From the human T2T-CHM13v2.0 reference genome, Homo sapiens, in NCBI RefSeq assembly GCF_009914755.1, contig NC_060927.1: a stretch of 64,000 nucleotides of DNA; one strand, written 5' to 3'. A model generated the notes under the pieces. It was not told the origin of the DNA. It made no database searches and saw nothing but the letters and a program-made list of their open reading frames with translations. How positions within the stretch are numbered: the first letter of the stretch is position 1; each line of letters opens with the position of its first letter. Made by a program: the position numbers and the translations under genes. Shown here piece after piece: positions 29,966-48,335 of this stretch.

Positions 29966-32269
29966 TCCCCAACTAAACTGTAACATTCCTTATGAGCAGA
30001 ATTCATACTTTGCTCTTTGTTTTTACCACCTGTTATGGAACTGACTTTGAGTAAATATATCATATTTCATTAGGTTTAGAATACCCAAGCATTGTGAACA
30101 CATGACTGGTTTAGCACACAATCTCATTTTAGAAAAAACCAAGTTTTGTACATATTCTGCTGCCAAATATAAAAATTTTACTTATAGCATTGATTCCCCA
30201 AGTGCTGATTTACAGACCAGTGCTGACCTAGAAAGAATTATTTAACCATCTAGGGCAAATAAGAAAACATGATAAATTTCAAACTTTTGTGAGATGTGTA
30301 ATGTTTGGATTAAAGAACTGTGATTTTAAATTATATCTATTCTGTATTTTTCATAATAAAGTATTATTTTTCTTATGAAATTATAGTGTGAATAAATTAT
30401 GCTCTATTTTCCCCTTTTTATGCCTATGTGTTCCCTTTATTTTCACTTTATATCCTGGGCAATTTTGTGCAAGTGATCAGATGTTGTGATCAACTATTAA
30501 TTAAAATCACACTACTTTACAATATAAAAAAATGTAAACTCACTGATCTATAAGCTACTTCTTAATAGCATTTGGTGGATTCAAATTACCCCATGAGTGA
30601 TTTTCCAAACTTAAAATAGCCTTAATATAGTAGATGTGATTTAACAAGGCAAATAAATTTACCAGCACCTTTAAAAACAATAAATATCATACTTGTTTAC
30701 TCATAAAGAAACAAAAAAATGAACATCTGCTTAGCTATGTTAAGATTACATGGTTAACAAAGTAATTCTGTTTACTTTGTGATTAATTATCTTTACTGCC
30801 ATACCATATAAATAAAATATTTCATTTCAAACATGTTACATCTACATTTATCGAGGGAATGATTTACAAAATAAGGCATATATTTCTGTGAGGAAAAATT
30901 ATCTTTATTATGTAGTCCTACTTAAAACATTCATATGTGCAATACAAGATTAAAATAGCCATATTTTCTAAGTATAATAAAACCGTTAATGACTGTAGTT
31001 TTGTCAACATCTATCAATCTTCCTGTAGATAGTTAAATTCTTATTTAGTTTATTTTTATTCATTAAATGATGAATAATGTTTAAATAATTTGGCTGAACA
31101 ATTTTGAAAGGTGATTAGTAATAATCTGTGTAATATTTGGGAATCTGGCAGAGCCATTTCTAGGTAAGTGATGAAGCCAGGACCATCCACAGATATAGGC
31201 AGGTCACACCGTGAGGCTCTGGCCAAACACACACAGGTAGATTTAGGTTAACATAACAAACAAAAATAAATTTTGAAAGAAGAAGATCACCACAGGGTAA
31301 TATATAGCTTAGGAATATGTCTTAAAAGGCAGGAAAAAAGAAGCCCAATTTTGTGTTTGTAAAGGGACATACTCAAAATCTCCTTTTCATTTATTGTTAA
31401 TATTCTTGATTTACTACTAAACATTCAGTCCAGGTTTTGTCATCTTTTAGCAACTGTTTCATAACTTGTCTAATGTGCCTTCTTTCCATATTTTCTATGT
31501 CTCTATAACTTAACCACAAGGCAGTGAGGAGAGATTTTTGTCAGGCACAGCTTTAAGGGCATATGATGACTTGGCATCACCTCTGTTTGTCTTTCAAATA
31601 CCTGACAGATATCCTTTTCTTTATACCTAGTATTTGCTATGAACTCACTGGGTAACATCAATGACTGAGAACAGTCACTGAATTGTGTCTAAGCCACTTC
31701 CGTATAATAATGTTAACATATAAATTGATGTGTGGCCTTATTTGTATGGGGGTGTAGAGTCCACTATTATTATTATTCTTACAGTAATTGGCAAAGTCAT
31801 CTAAAAGATTTAATTATCTTTCTAATACATACCTTACTGCAAAGATTAAAAATTTAGAGCCTATTTAGTTGTAAAATAATGGATTTTTAAACCCACAAAA
31901 AAGTACTTGAATAAATAGATATTTCTTATGAATATTCTAATAAGAACTTATGCTAATAGCAATTGCTAAAGCTAAAAATGGTTGATAAGATTAATTACTT
32001 ATATGCCATGAGCAACAGGAGACAAAAATAGATGATTCTTCAATCTTTAATTCTCAACTATCTTATTGATATATTCTTGATGAGAAAGGAAATAAAGATT
32101 TACCTTCTAAAGTTTAGAAAATTATTTTAAGAAGAAATTAAATAATTTTTAATATGTATATAAATGTATGGTTTATCTGTAACAAGTGCTATATGATCTA
32201 TGAGATGCTTTCATGGAAAATAATGACTTGGCTGTAAGCCATAAACATTAAGAAGAAACAGGGGACTTT

Positions 32270-33149
32270 ACTAGACATCAAGATTATTTATAAAGCTGAA
32301 GTAATATATAAGGTATTGTTGCAAAGATAGATAAATAGAAGAATGGAACAGAATAAAAGGGTTCAGAAACAGACTCACACTTGATACTTGGTCGATGATA
32401 AAGACAACACTTGATTGACTAGGCAGTAGCAAAGAATGACCTTTTCAAAAGACGGCATTGGGCCAAATGTATATACAATGTAATAAAAAATAAAATTGGC
32501 TTCTGCTTTTGAACATACACAAAAATTAATTCCAGGTAGATTGCCATTCTAAATATAATAGATGAAACATTAAATCTTCCTTAAGTTAGCATTTAAGAAT
32601 ATTTTCACAAAATGAACTGGGAGCAGGCAAGATTCTCTTTCACAAACTGGGAGCAGGCATGATTCACTTTCTTTATTATCACCATAATGGACAAAATTGA
32701 AATTATACTATATTAAATCAGAACTTTTCATGTAAATACACTATTAGAGAAAATGTGAGCCACAAAGTGGAAGAAAATATTTGCAACACATGAAATCAAC
32801 AAAGGGCTTGTATCTAGCATATATATTGGAAAAAACCTTCTATAAGTCAATAAGAAAAGACAGGTAATAAAATAAAATGGACAAGAGACTTGAACAGGCA
32901 TTTCACAAAAGAAGATATTCAAATGACCACTCAGCACATGAAAATGTTATTGACATCACTATTCATCATGAATATGCAAATTAAAATCACGACTACATAT
33001 ACACCAGACTACATCTACATCAAAATGTCTACAATTTAAAGCAGACAATGATATTCAAAGGTTGGTGTTGCGATCCCTGTCATATATTGCTTGTGAGAGG
33101 AGGAAAAGAAAACTGAATTCTTAAAACCACTATATAAAATTGTTTGGTA
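32270..33149 (+). mobile_element. old L1M (L1ME/MD-like) ORF2 3' part, left piece
   Basis: gaatggaacagaataaa...aaatatttgcaacaca...gacttgaacaggcatttcacaaaagaagatattcaaatg. Continues after 39390. Confidence 0.8.
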
Positions 33150-34177
33150 GGGGGTGGTTCCAAGATGGCCAAATAGGAAGAGCTCCAGTCTACAGCTCCT
33201 AGTGCGAGTGACGCAGAAGACAAGTGATTTCTGCATTTCCAACTGAAGTACCGGGTTCATCTCACTGGGGCTTGTCGGACAGTGGGTGCAGGACAGTGGA
33301 TGCAGCCCACCGAGTGTGAGCCAAAGCAGGGCAAGGCATTGCCTTATCCGGGAACTGTAAGGGGTCAGGGAATTCCCTTCCCTAGCCAAGGGAAGCTGTG
33401 ACAGACGGCACCCGGAAATCGGGTCACTCCCATGCTAATACTGTGCTTTTCCAATGGTCTTAGCAAACTGCACACTAGGAGATTATAACCCATGCCTGGC
33501 TCGGAGGGTCCCACGCCCACGGAGCCTTGCTCATTGCTAGCACAGCAGTCTGAGATCAAACTGCAAGGTGGCAGCCAGGCTCAAGGAAGGGGCGCCCACC
33601 ATTGCTGAGGCTTGAGTAGGTAAACAAAGCAGCTGGGAAGCTTGAACTGGGTGGAGCCCACTGCAGCTCAAGGAGGCCTGCCTGCCTCTGTAGACTCCAC
33701 CTCTGGGGGCAGGGCATAGCTGAACAAAAGGCAGCAGAAACCTCTGCAGACTTAAATGTCCCTGTCTGACAGCCTTGAAGAGAGTAGTGCTTCTCCCAGC
33801 ATGGAGTTTGGGATCTGAGAACGGACAGACTGCCTCCTCAAGTGGGTCCCTGACCCCCGAGTAGCCTAACTGGGAGGCACCCCCGAGTAGGGGCAGACTG
33901 ACACCTCATATGGCCGGGTACTCCTCTGAGATGAAACTTCCAGAGGAACGATCAGGCAGCAACATTTGCTATTCAGCAATATTCGCTGTTCTGCAGCCTC
34001 CTCTGCTGATACCCAGGCAAACACGGTCTGGAGTGGACCTCCAGCAAACTCCAACAGACCTACAGCTAAGGGTCCTGACTGTTAGAAAGAAAACTAACAA
34101 ACACAAAGGACATCCACTCCAAAACCCCATCTGTATGTCACCATTATCAAAGACCAAAGGTAGATAAAACCACAAAG

Positions 34178-35185
34178 ATGGGGAAAAACAGAGCAGAGAA
34201 GCTGATAATTCTAAAAATCAGAGGATCTCTTCCCCTCCAAAGGAAAGCAGCTCCTCACCAGCAACGGAACAAAGCTTGATGGAGAATGACTGATGGGTTG
34301 AGAGAAGAAGGCTTCAGATGATCAAACTTCTCCAAGCTAAAGGAAGAAGTTCAAACCCACTGCAAAGAAGCTAAAAATCTTGAATAAAGATTAGATGAGT
34401 GGCTAACTAGAATAATCAGTGCAGAGAAGTCCTGAAATGACCGGATAGAGCTGAAAACCATGGCACGAGAACTACGTGACAAATGCACAAGCTTCAGTAG
34501 CCAATTCAATCAACTGGAAGAAAGGGTATCCGTGCTTGAAGATCAGATGAATGAAATGAAGCGAGAAGAGAAGTTTAGAGTAAAAAGAGTAAAAAGAAAT
34601 GACCAAAGCAAGAAATATGGGACTATGTGAAAAGGCCAAATCTACGTCTGATTGCTGTACCTGAAAGTGACGGGGAGAATGGAACCAACTTGGAAAACAC
34701 TCTGCAAGATATTGTCCAGGAGAACTTCCCCAACCTAGCAAGGCAGGCCAACATTCAAATTCAGGAAATACAGAGAATGCCACAAAGATACTCCTCGAGA
34801 AGAGCAACTCCAAGATACATAATTGTCAGATTCACCAAAGTTGAAATGAAGGAAAAAATGTTAAGGGCAGCCAGAGAGAAAGGTCGGGTTACCCACAAAG
34901 GGAAGCCCATCAGACTAGCAGCAGATCTCTTGGCAGGACTCTACAAGCCAGAAGAAAGTGGGGGCCAATGTTCGACATTCTTAAAGAAAAGAATTTTCAA
35001 CCCAGAATTTCATATCCAGCCAATCTAAGTTTCATAGGTGACAGAGAAATAAAATCCTTTAAAGGGAGGAAATGCTGAGAGATTTTGTCACCACCAGGCC
35101 TGCCCTAGAAGAGCTCCTAAAGGAAGCACTAAACATGGAAAGGAACAACCGATACCATCCACTGCAAAAACATGCCAAATTGTAA
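34178..35185 (+). pseudogene. L1 ORF1p, disrupted
   Basis: ATG at 34178 and TAA at 35183-35185. ORF 34627-35028 carries KRPNLRLI..PE and PR.IIVRF motifs. Multiple stops and frameshifts. Confidence 0.9.
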
Positions 35186-35248
35186 AGGCCATCGATGCTA
35201 GGAAGAAACTGCATCAACTAATGAGCAAAATAACCAGCTAACATCATA

Positions 35249-39098
<3,850 letters not shown>

Positions 39099-39390
39099 AC
39101 AATGAGAACACTTGGACACAGGAAGGGGAACATCACACACTGGGGCCCATCATGGGGTGGGGGGAGAGGGGAGTGGGGAGGGAGGAGGTATAGCATTAGG
39201 AGATATACCTAATGTAAATGACATGTTAATGGGTGCAGCACACCAACATGGCACATGTATACATATGTAACAAACCTGCACGTTGTGCACATGTACCCTA
39301 TAACTGAAAGTATAATAAAAAAAAATAATGTCAAAGGGAAAAGTTAATTAAAAAAGACAAAATCTGAAAAAAAAATAAAATTGTTTGGTA

Positions 39391-39895
39391 ATATTGACTA
39401 AAACTTAACATACACAAACCCAGGGACCAAAAATTCCATTCGAAACTACATATCCAAAATTGTGTGTGTGTTTGTGTGTGTTCATGTGTGTAACAATCCA
39501 AGTGTTCTCCAACTGAAAAACAAATTATGCCATATTCATACAGTAAAATACAACAATGAAAATATATGAACTGCTATGTGCAACCACATGGATAAATATA
39601 ATAGCCATAATGCTGAACAAAAAAGCTAGATATAAAATGCATACCTAAAGATTTCATTTATATAAAGTTATATGAAATTATAGTATTATAACTCAGGATA
39701 TTTTTTCTTTTGCTTTATTTTGTTTAAGGAGGAGAGGGAAGGAGAGTTGTTAGGTAACAGTAATGTTCTTTATTTTTACTTGATTAGTGGTTACATATAT
39801 GTGATTATATTATAACTCATTGAACTGTACACTTAACATTTTATGTTTTTTTATTTCGCTTTGCATGTAAACAATAAAATTCATTTAAAAAAATA
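39391..39895 (+). mobile_element. old L1M 3' end, right piece
   Basis: caaccacatggataaat...atgctgaacaaaaaagctaga...cattgaactgtacacttaa...aataaaa. Confidence 0.75.
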
Positions 39896-40342
39896 GAGCC
39901 TTTGACTTTTCTGTCTCTGGTCAAAATATGGCAACAGGGACAGTATTTACCCTTCCATTTGAAATGCATGAAAACAGACAAAATAAGTGAAACAACAATT
40001 TTCAAGGCACCACACATCAGGCAATGAAGTACTATGATCCCTGAAAGAGAGCAATAAGGTGAGCCCTATAAATGGCACAACTTACTAACTGAACAGAGCT
40101 TCCAAAAAGGGAGAATGCAGCAGATGCCCTGAGTTGAAGAGTTGAATGTGTGGGGAAACCAACATGGCTATAACTGATATCCAGAGTACCAGAGAGGAGA
40201 GAGCAACACCAAAACAGAACCACAGATATCTGTAAAGGATTACACTATAGTATTCAACAGAGTATGGAACAGAGTATAGTATTCAACAGAGTATGCAAAG
40301 AAACTAAGGCCAGAAAGAGAACCACCTGTGAAGATTGGGGTT

Positions 40343-40662
40343 TGATCAGGCATGGTGGCTCACACCTGTAATCCTAGCACATTGGGAGGCCGAGGTGGGC
40401 AGATCACTTGAGGTCAGGAGTTCTAGACCAGCTTGGCCAACATGGCAAAACCCTGACTCTACTAAAAGTACAAAAAAAAATTAGCCCGGAATGGTGGTGC
40501 ACACATGTAATCCCAGCTCCTCAGGAGGCCGAGGCAGGAGAATTGCTTGAACCTGGGAGGAAGAGGTTGTGGTGAGTGGAGATCCTGTCTGACACTGAAC
40601 TCCAGCCTGGGCAACAAAATGAGACTCTGTCTCAAAAAAAAAAAAAAAAAAAAGAAGAAGAA
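40343..40662 (+). mobile_element. AluS (Sx/Sz-like)
   Basis: Dimer with A/(GAA) tail. TSD gaagattggggtt/gaaaattggggtt. Confidence 0.93.
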
Positions 40663-41589
40663 GAAAATTGGGGTTAACAAGGTGGTCAAGAAGCCCCTGG
40701 GAATAGTGCCTGTTTCCACCAGTCAGAATGGAAATTCTCATGATTCATGGGATATTGCCACAGTGTTCAAGAGTCTTGCCTCAGTAGTGGGAACAGTTAT
40801 CCCTAAAGTTAATGCAATTTTGGTCCTGCCTAATAAGTATTAAAATTAAGATTCAAAATAATCAAACTGTTTATAAGTAACTTAAGATAATTCAAGAACA
40901 AATCTCAAAAAAAGATTTAGGAATATAATAATACAATACCCAGGAACCAACAGGCATCCAATTAAAGATTATCAGGCATGCCAAGAAGTAGTAATGCAAC
41001 CCATAATGGGGAGAACTGAATGTAATCAATTGAAACCATTCAGAACTGATCCACATGTGAGAATTAGCACACAAGGATACTAATGAAAACAACTACTACT
41101 ATAAAGACATGTTTCAACAGTTCAGTGGAGATATAAAATACATAGAAAAGACTCAAATTGTACTTAAATAGATGAGAATGACAATATCTGAGATGAAAAA
41201 TATAGTGGATGGGATGGGATCAAGATATATTAGACATGGGATAAGAAGGTACTAAGGAACTTGAAGACATAGCAATAGAAACTATCCAAAATGAATGGCA
41301 AAAATAAAGAGCATCAATCGCCTGTGGGAGACAACTTCAAGACTCATAAAATATGTGTAATTGGAGTACCCAAAGAGGGAAAGAATAGAGAAACAAAATA
41401 TGAAAAGAAATAAAGACCTACATTTTTCCAGCTTTGACAAAACCTATAAACTCACTGATGCAAGCAGCTCAATGATCCCCTAGCACAAGAAATATGAAGA
41501 AAACTGCAAGGCATTATCAGACTCAAATTGTTCAAAACCAATGATAAAGAGAATATCTAAAAAGTAGTCATAAAAATAAGACATGTAAT

Positions 41590-42268
41590 TTAGCAATCTC
41601 GCTGCTGAATATTTAGCCAAAAGATTTGAAATCAGTAATGTCAAAGAGATGTCAACACTCCTATGTTGATTATAGTATACTGTTCACAATAGCCAAGACG
41701 TGGAATCAGCCTAAGTATATATCAACAGATGAATGGATAAAGACAATGTGATATGTATACACAACAGAATGCTATTCAGCTTTAAAGAAATTTTTCACTG
41801 GCAAAAACATAGATGAAATTGGAGAACATTATGCCAAGTGAAATAAGCCAGGTACAGAAACACAAATACTGCATGGGAGAACAGATAAATAGGTAAAATT
41901 TAAAATACTTGAACTCAAAGAAGCGAATAGAATTGTGGTTAACACAGGCTAGGGGTGGGAGGAAATGGGGAGATGACAGTGAAAAGGGATCATTAGACAG
42001 GAGGCATAAGGGTTTATTTTTTCTTTGAGGTATATTGCACAACATGGTGAATATAGCAAACAATACTATATCATACATTTCATTTCAAAATTGATAAAAT
42101 TTCAAATTTTCTCACCACAAAAACGTCGCAAGTATTTGAGTGATGAACAGGTTAATTAGTTTGATTTCATTATTCAACACTGTATTTATAAATCAAAGCA
42201 TTACTTTGTGTGTGTGTATATATACACAACTTAATTTATCATTTACAATTTCAAAAATTATTTTAAAA
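41590..42268 (+). mobile_element. L1MA-type 3' end nested in older L1
   Basis: agcaatctcgctgctgaatatt...gaaataagccaggtacagaaa...ttctcaccacaaaaa...gtgatgaacaggttaattag. Confidence 0.85.
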
Positions 42269-42568
42269 CACATGCATATTCACCAAAACAAAGATAAGGA
42301 TGATAGCATATTATTTCTTATAAACAATGTAAGCAAAAAGATACTGGAACAATATCTTTAAAATACCAAAAGAAAAAAAATTTCAAGCTAGAGTTATATA
42401 AGCGTAAAGATAACTTTCAGAAAAGAGGGCAAAATTGACAAAGGAATTTTTTGAGGAAGTGAAGAAAATATTCTGAATAGATAATGTTTACGGTTATATC
42501 ATTTTGTGACTATACTAAAATCCATTGAATTGTACACTTTAAAAGTGTGGCATTTATGGTACATGAAT

Positions 42569-43370
42569 TGTAGTGAGTTGGTAATGACTCCCCAAAAGAT
42601 ATATCCAAGTCCCAACTCTTGATATTTGTGAACATGACATTATTTGGAAATAAGGCCTTTGCAGATGTAACTAAGTTAAGGGTTTCATGATGAGAGCATT
42701 CTCAATTAAGAATGTGCCCTGCATCCAAAGACTGGTGTTTTTATATGGTAAAGGAAAGAAAGATTTTAGACACTCATATGCCCAAGGTAGAAGGCCATAT
42801 GAAGATGGAGGCAGAGACTAGAGTTATGGTGCAATAAGCCAACAAATGCCAAGGGATGTTCAGCAGCCAAGAGAAGCTAGGAGGGAGTCAGGAAACAGAT
42901 TCTCCCTCAGAACCTACGGAGGAAACAAACCTGTTCACAATTCATTATAAATTTCTGACATCCAAAATTGTGACAGCATAAATTCTGTTTTTTTGTTTTT
43001 GTTTTTGTTTGTTTGTTTTTTGAGATGAAGTTTCACTCTTGTTGCCCAGGCTGGAATACAATGGTATGATCTCAGCTCACTGCAACCTCCATCTCCTGGG
43101 TTCAAGGGTTCTCTTGCCTCAGCCTCCCGAGTAGCTGGGATTATGGGAGCCCGCCACCACGCCCAGCTAATTTTTTGTATTTTTAGTAGAGATGGGGTCT
43201 TACCATATTGGCCAGGCTGTTCTCGAACTCCTGACTTCAGGTCAACTACTCATCTCAGCCTCCCAAAGTGCTGGCATTACAGGCATGAGCCAACATGCCA
43301 GGCCAATTCTGGTTGTTCTAAGCAATAGTTTGTGGTAGTTTACTACGGCAGTCCTAGGAAGCTAATATAT
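42569..43370 (+). mobile_element. MLT1C-like MaLR LTR interrupted by Alu
   Basis: ttatttggaaataaggcctttgcagatgtaa...gaagatggaggcagag...cctaggaagctaata. Confidence 0.85.
42988..43304 (-). mobile_element. AluSq/Sp-like
   Basis: tttcactcttgttgcccaggctgga...caatgg, with a T-rich tail and aattctg duplicated at the flanks. Confidence 0.93.
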
Positions 43371-43526
43371 CACTTAGATATCAATTTAAAATATTATAGT
43401 TAATAAAATTATCCAAGTAAAATAACAGTATAATGGGATTGGATTATAACACATAAAAGTAAATGTATGAGAACAATACCACAAGGTCTATAGGGGAGAA
43501 ACGGAAGTATACTATTGCAAAGTTCT

Positions 43527-43968
43527 TGTACTGAATAGAATAGATTCTTTAAAAGTTCCATGTCCTTTCTGGAACCTCAGATTATGACCTTATTTAAAAA
43601 TTGGATTATTGAAGTTTTAATTATTTAAGATAAGATGAGATCATATTAAAATAGAGTATAGCCTTAATGCTATATGATTGATGACTTTATAAGCAGAAAA
43701 GAGATACAAGGACAGACGTATTGGAAGAATGTGACATCAGAGAATGGAAGGATGCAGCTACAGAACAGGAAACAGCAAGCATCTAGGGCCATCACCAGAA
43801 GCTAGAAGGAAGAAAGGAAGGATTTAACCCAGAGTCTCAGAGGAAGCATAGCCCTACTGACAACTTGATTTTAGAATCCTAGCCCCTAGAAATGCAACAG
43901 AAGAAATTTCTACGTGTTAAGACAGTTTATGGTACTTTTGTTAGAAAGTCCCTAGGAAACGAAGTACA
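43527..43968 (+). mobile_element. MLT1C-like MaLR solo LTR
   Basis: TG...CA ends, perfect 5-bp TSD GTTCT (43522-43526, 43969-43973), and the caccagaagctagaagg motif. Confidence 0.85.
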
Positions 43969-44999
43969 GTTCTTATACTAGATGTGAAACGATATATAAT
44001 ATCCTTGAAAGTAGACTGTGGTAAGTTAAAGATGCGTTCTATAAACTTTAAACCTCCCTCGGAAAAGAAAAGCATTTGATAAAAATTTAACGTTCATTCT
44101 TGTTAAAAAGCCCTCAGAAAACTAAGAATGGAACAAAAACATCCTCAGTCTAATAAAGGTCATACATGATAAACCTACTGCTTCCATCATGCTCAAGGGT
44201 GAAAGATTAAAAACTTTCCCCCTAGGATCAGAGACAAGTAAAATATGCCTGCTATTACCGCTTCTATATTTTTCTTCTTCAACTTCTATTTTAAGTTATT
44301 GTAATCAACATTATACTGGACAGTCTGGCCAGTGGCATAGGGCGATAAAAAAGCCTTACTTACATAATAAAGAAAGAATTGAAAATATCCTTATTCACAG
44401 ACAATAAGATCATGTATGCAGAAAACTGATAAAAACTATATCAAAAAAGCTACTCAAACTAACAAGTGGGTTTAGCAACTTACCAAAGTTCATTGAGTTT
44501 CTTGGTTGTAGATACAAGATGAATATACACAGATTAGGTGCATTTCTATATACAAACATCAATTGGAAACTGAGGATCAAAAAAGAAAAAATATGTAAAA
44601 TAGCACCATAATTTGAAATACTTAGGGATAAATATGAAAAAACATGTTAAAGATCTGTATACTGAAAACTACAAAATGTTGCTGAGAGAAATTTTAAAAG
44701 ACCTAAGTAAATGGAGAAATATACCTCTTCATGGGGTATATATTAATATTAATATTAATAACAAATATACTTAATATTAAAGTCAATTCTTCTCAAACTG
44801 ACTATAGGTTCAATATAGTACCAATCAAAATTATAACAGACTTTTTATAGAAATTGACAAGCTGATTCTAAAATTCACATAAAAATTTAAAGTACCTAGA
44901 ATAGTCAAAATAAATTTGGAAAAAAAAGAGAAGTTGAAGAACAATCATTACTTGATTTCAGGACTTATCAAAAGGATACAGGAATCAAGAAGTTCCAGA

Positions 45000-46005
<1,006 letters not shown>

Positions 46006-47609
46006 TACTGATTTCTGAAAAAAATGAAAGCCAATTCAGTGGAGAAAGAAGAGGTTTTTTCAATAAATCATGAATTTAATATGCACATGCAAAAAATTCA
46101 ATTTAATTCATACATTACACCATGTAAAAATTAACAAAATTGACCAAATCTCTAAATATGAAAATATTAAAATAAAACCATTAAATTCTTAAAAAAAGAA
46201 AGAGAAAATCATGATAAACTTGGGTTAGCTATCACAAGCATAAAATATAAAAGGAAATAATTGATAAATTTTATTTTAACAAAATTAAAAACTTTTGCTC
46301 TTCAAAAGATACTTTTAAGAGATGGAAATGACAATCCATAGAGAGAGAAACAATAATTTCAAAACAACTTTTTAAATATATATGAATAACTTTAAAAATT
46401 CAATCTTAAGAAATGACAACCTTTTTTTAAAGAATAAAAAATGTAAATGAACACCTCAGTAAAGAAGATATACTATCAGCAAATAAGCATATGAAAAAAT
46501 GCTCAAAATCATTAATAATTTGGGAACTGCAAATTCAAATTATAATGAAATGTCACTACAAACCTATTAAAATGACTAATATTAAAAACACTGGCAAATA
46601 TGTGGAGAAAATGAAATTCTCATACACGGCTCATGAGAATGTTACTCACCACAACTGCTTTGGAAAAAAGTTTGGCTTCTTCTCAAAAAGTTAAACCTAT
46701 ACCTACTTCATGAGCCAGCCATTCTCTTTTTTTTCTTTTTGGCATTTATTTACCCAAGAGAAAGAAACTATATGTCTATGCAAACTACACAAAAACTTAC
46801 ACACAAATGTTCATAGCAGCTTTACTTGTAAAAATTCAAACTGCAAAAAAAAAAAAATGCCCAAAACAGGTAAAAGGATAAACAAACTCTAGTATATTCA
46901 CATCATGGAATATATAACTCAATGATAAAAGGTAACGAACTACTAACACATACTACAAGATAGAGTTGCTAAGTGGAAAAAAAATACAAACAAGATGAAT
47001 GCATACTCTAGTATGCCATTTATATGATATTCTAGAAGATGTAAACATTTATAACAATAGAAAACAGATAAGCAATTGCCTAGTTGGGAAGGGAGGAGGA
47101 AGAAGGGATTATAAGGAGCATAATGAAAACTTTAGTGGTGATCAATATGTTTACTCTCTGTTGTGGTGATGGTTTCATGGATGTACACATATGTCAAAAC
47201 ATTAAATTGTGTAATTGAAACATGAACACTATAATGTATGTCAATTATGCCTCAATTTTTAAAAGACTTTCTTTGTTATATCTATGTAAATCTGCATCTA
47301 TATTCTCTAGGGTTGATTTGTTTATCTGGGCTATTGCCTGCTTCTTTATATGACCATATGTTCTCAGACTATATATTCAGTTGCCGAAAATAATTTCCTA
47401 TTTGTAGTTGCATTCTTCTTCAACCAGTTATGAGTAGCTTCCTTCCTCAATCAGAGCTACTACTCATTCAAAATATTGTGCTCCTATCCAATACATGTAC
47501 CTTAAATATTTGAATTGAGAATGTTATTGGACCCTTCAGTCTCTATTCTTGACTTCTATACCAGCTACTCTTGCCCATCAATGGAAATAAATTATTCATT
47601 CTAAGAGAC

Positions 47610-47770
47610 AATCTGAGTAACAGAAAGAATATCACATCAGGCAGCCAAAATTCCACATTTCCTCAACTCAATTTATTAAGTGACCATGGACAGCCCTTTA
47701 ACTGCTCTGATACTCAGTTGCCTATTGGAAAAATTAGGACATCAATTTCTGTTAGAACTATTGCAGATGC
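47610..47770 (+). mobile_element. MIR fragment
   Basis: gtgaccatggacagccctttaactgctctgatactcagtt. Confidence 0.5.
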
Positions 47771-48174
47771 AGATGATTTGTTAGGAACACTTTCAGTTTA
47801 AACAGCCACAGCACTGTATATCACCAAAATTTAAAATTGAACTTTTTAATAAGTCAAAATCATACAAACAATTATTTTAGGAATAACTTAAAATAGACAT
47901 CATAATTATGTGAAGGTCCATGGAAAATGCTTTCTATTTAGGAAACCTCTTTCTTTTATTAAAAGACTACAATTTCTCTTAATGTTTATTTTTGTGCTTC
48001 TTTCAGTGAAATTATATAGGAGACATATGCATTTTAATTTTTAATTTTTGTGGAATTTACATGCATTTTTAAAATATTGACTAAGAATTTTTCCCTGGTA
48101 ATATTTCTAAAAATCACTATTCTGCCAAACACACACACACACATATTTAGCAAACATTTTCAGTTGATATCCAT

Positions 48175-48335
48175 AGACTTTATAGCATTTTGGACAGCAC
48201 AGGACCTTGGAGATCATGCTGTTTTAGGCTTCTCATTTTAATGTAGAGAAAAAGCCTGAATCCCAGAGGACTTAAATGACAAATCAGAGGCACTCTGCTA
48301 TATGGCAGAATTTGGCGTGATGTCCTAATCTAGAG
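48175..48335 (-). mobile_element. MIR/MIR3 fragment
   Basis: ggaccttggagatcat...ctcattttaatgtagagaaaa...cccagagg. Confidence 0.5.
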
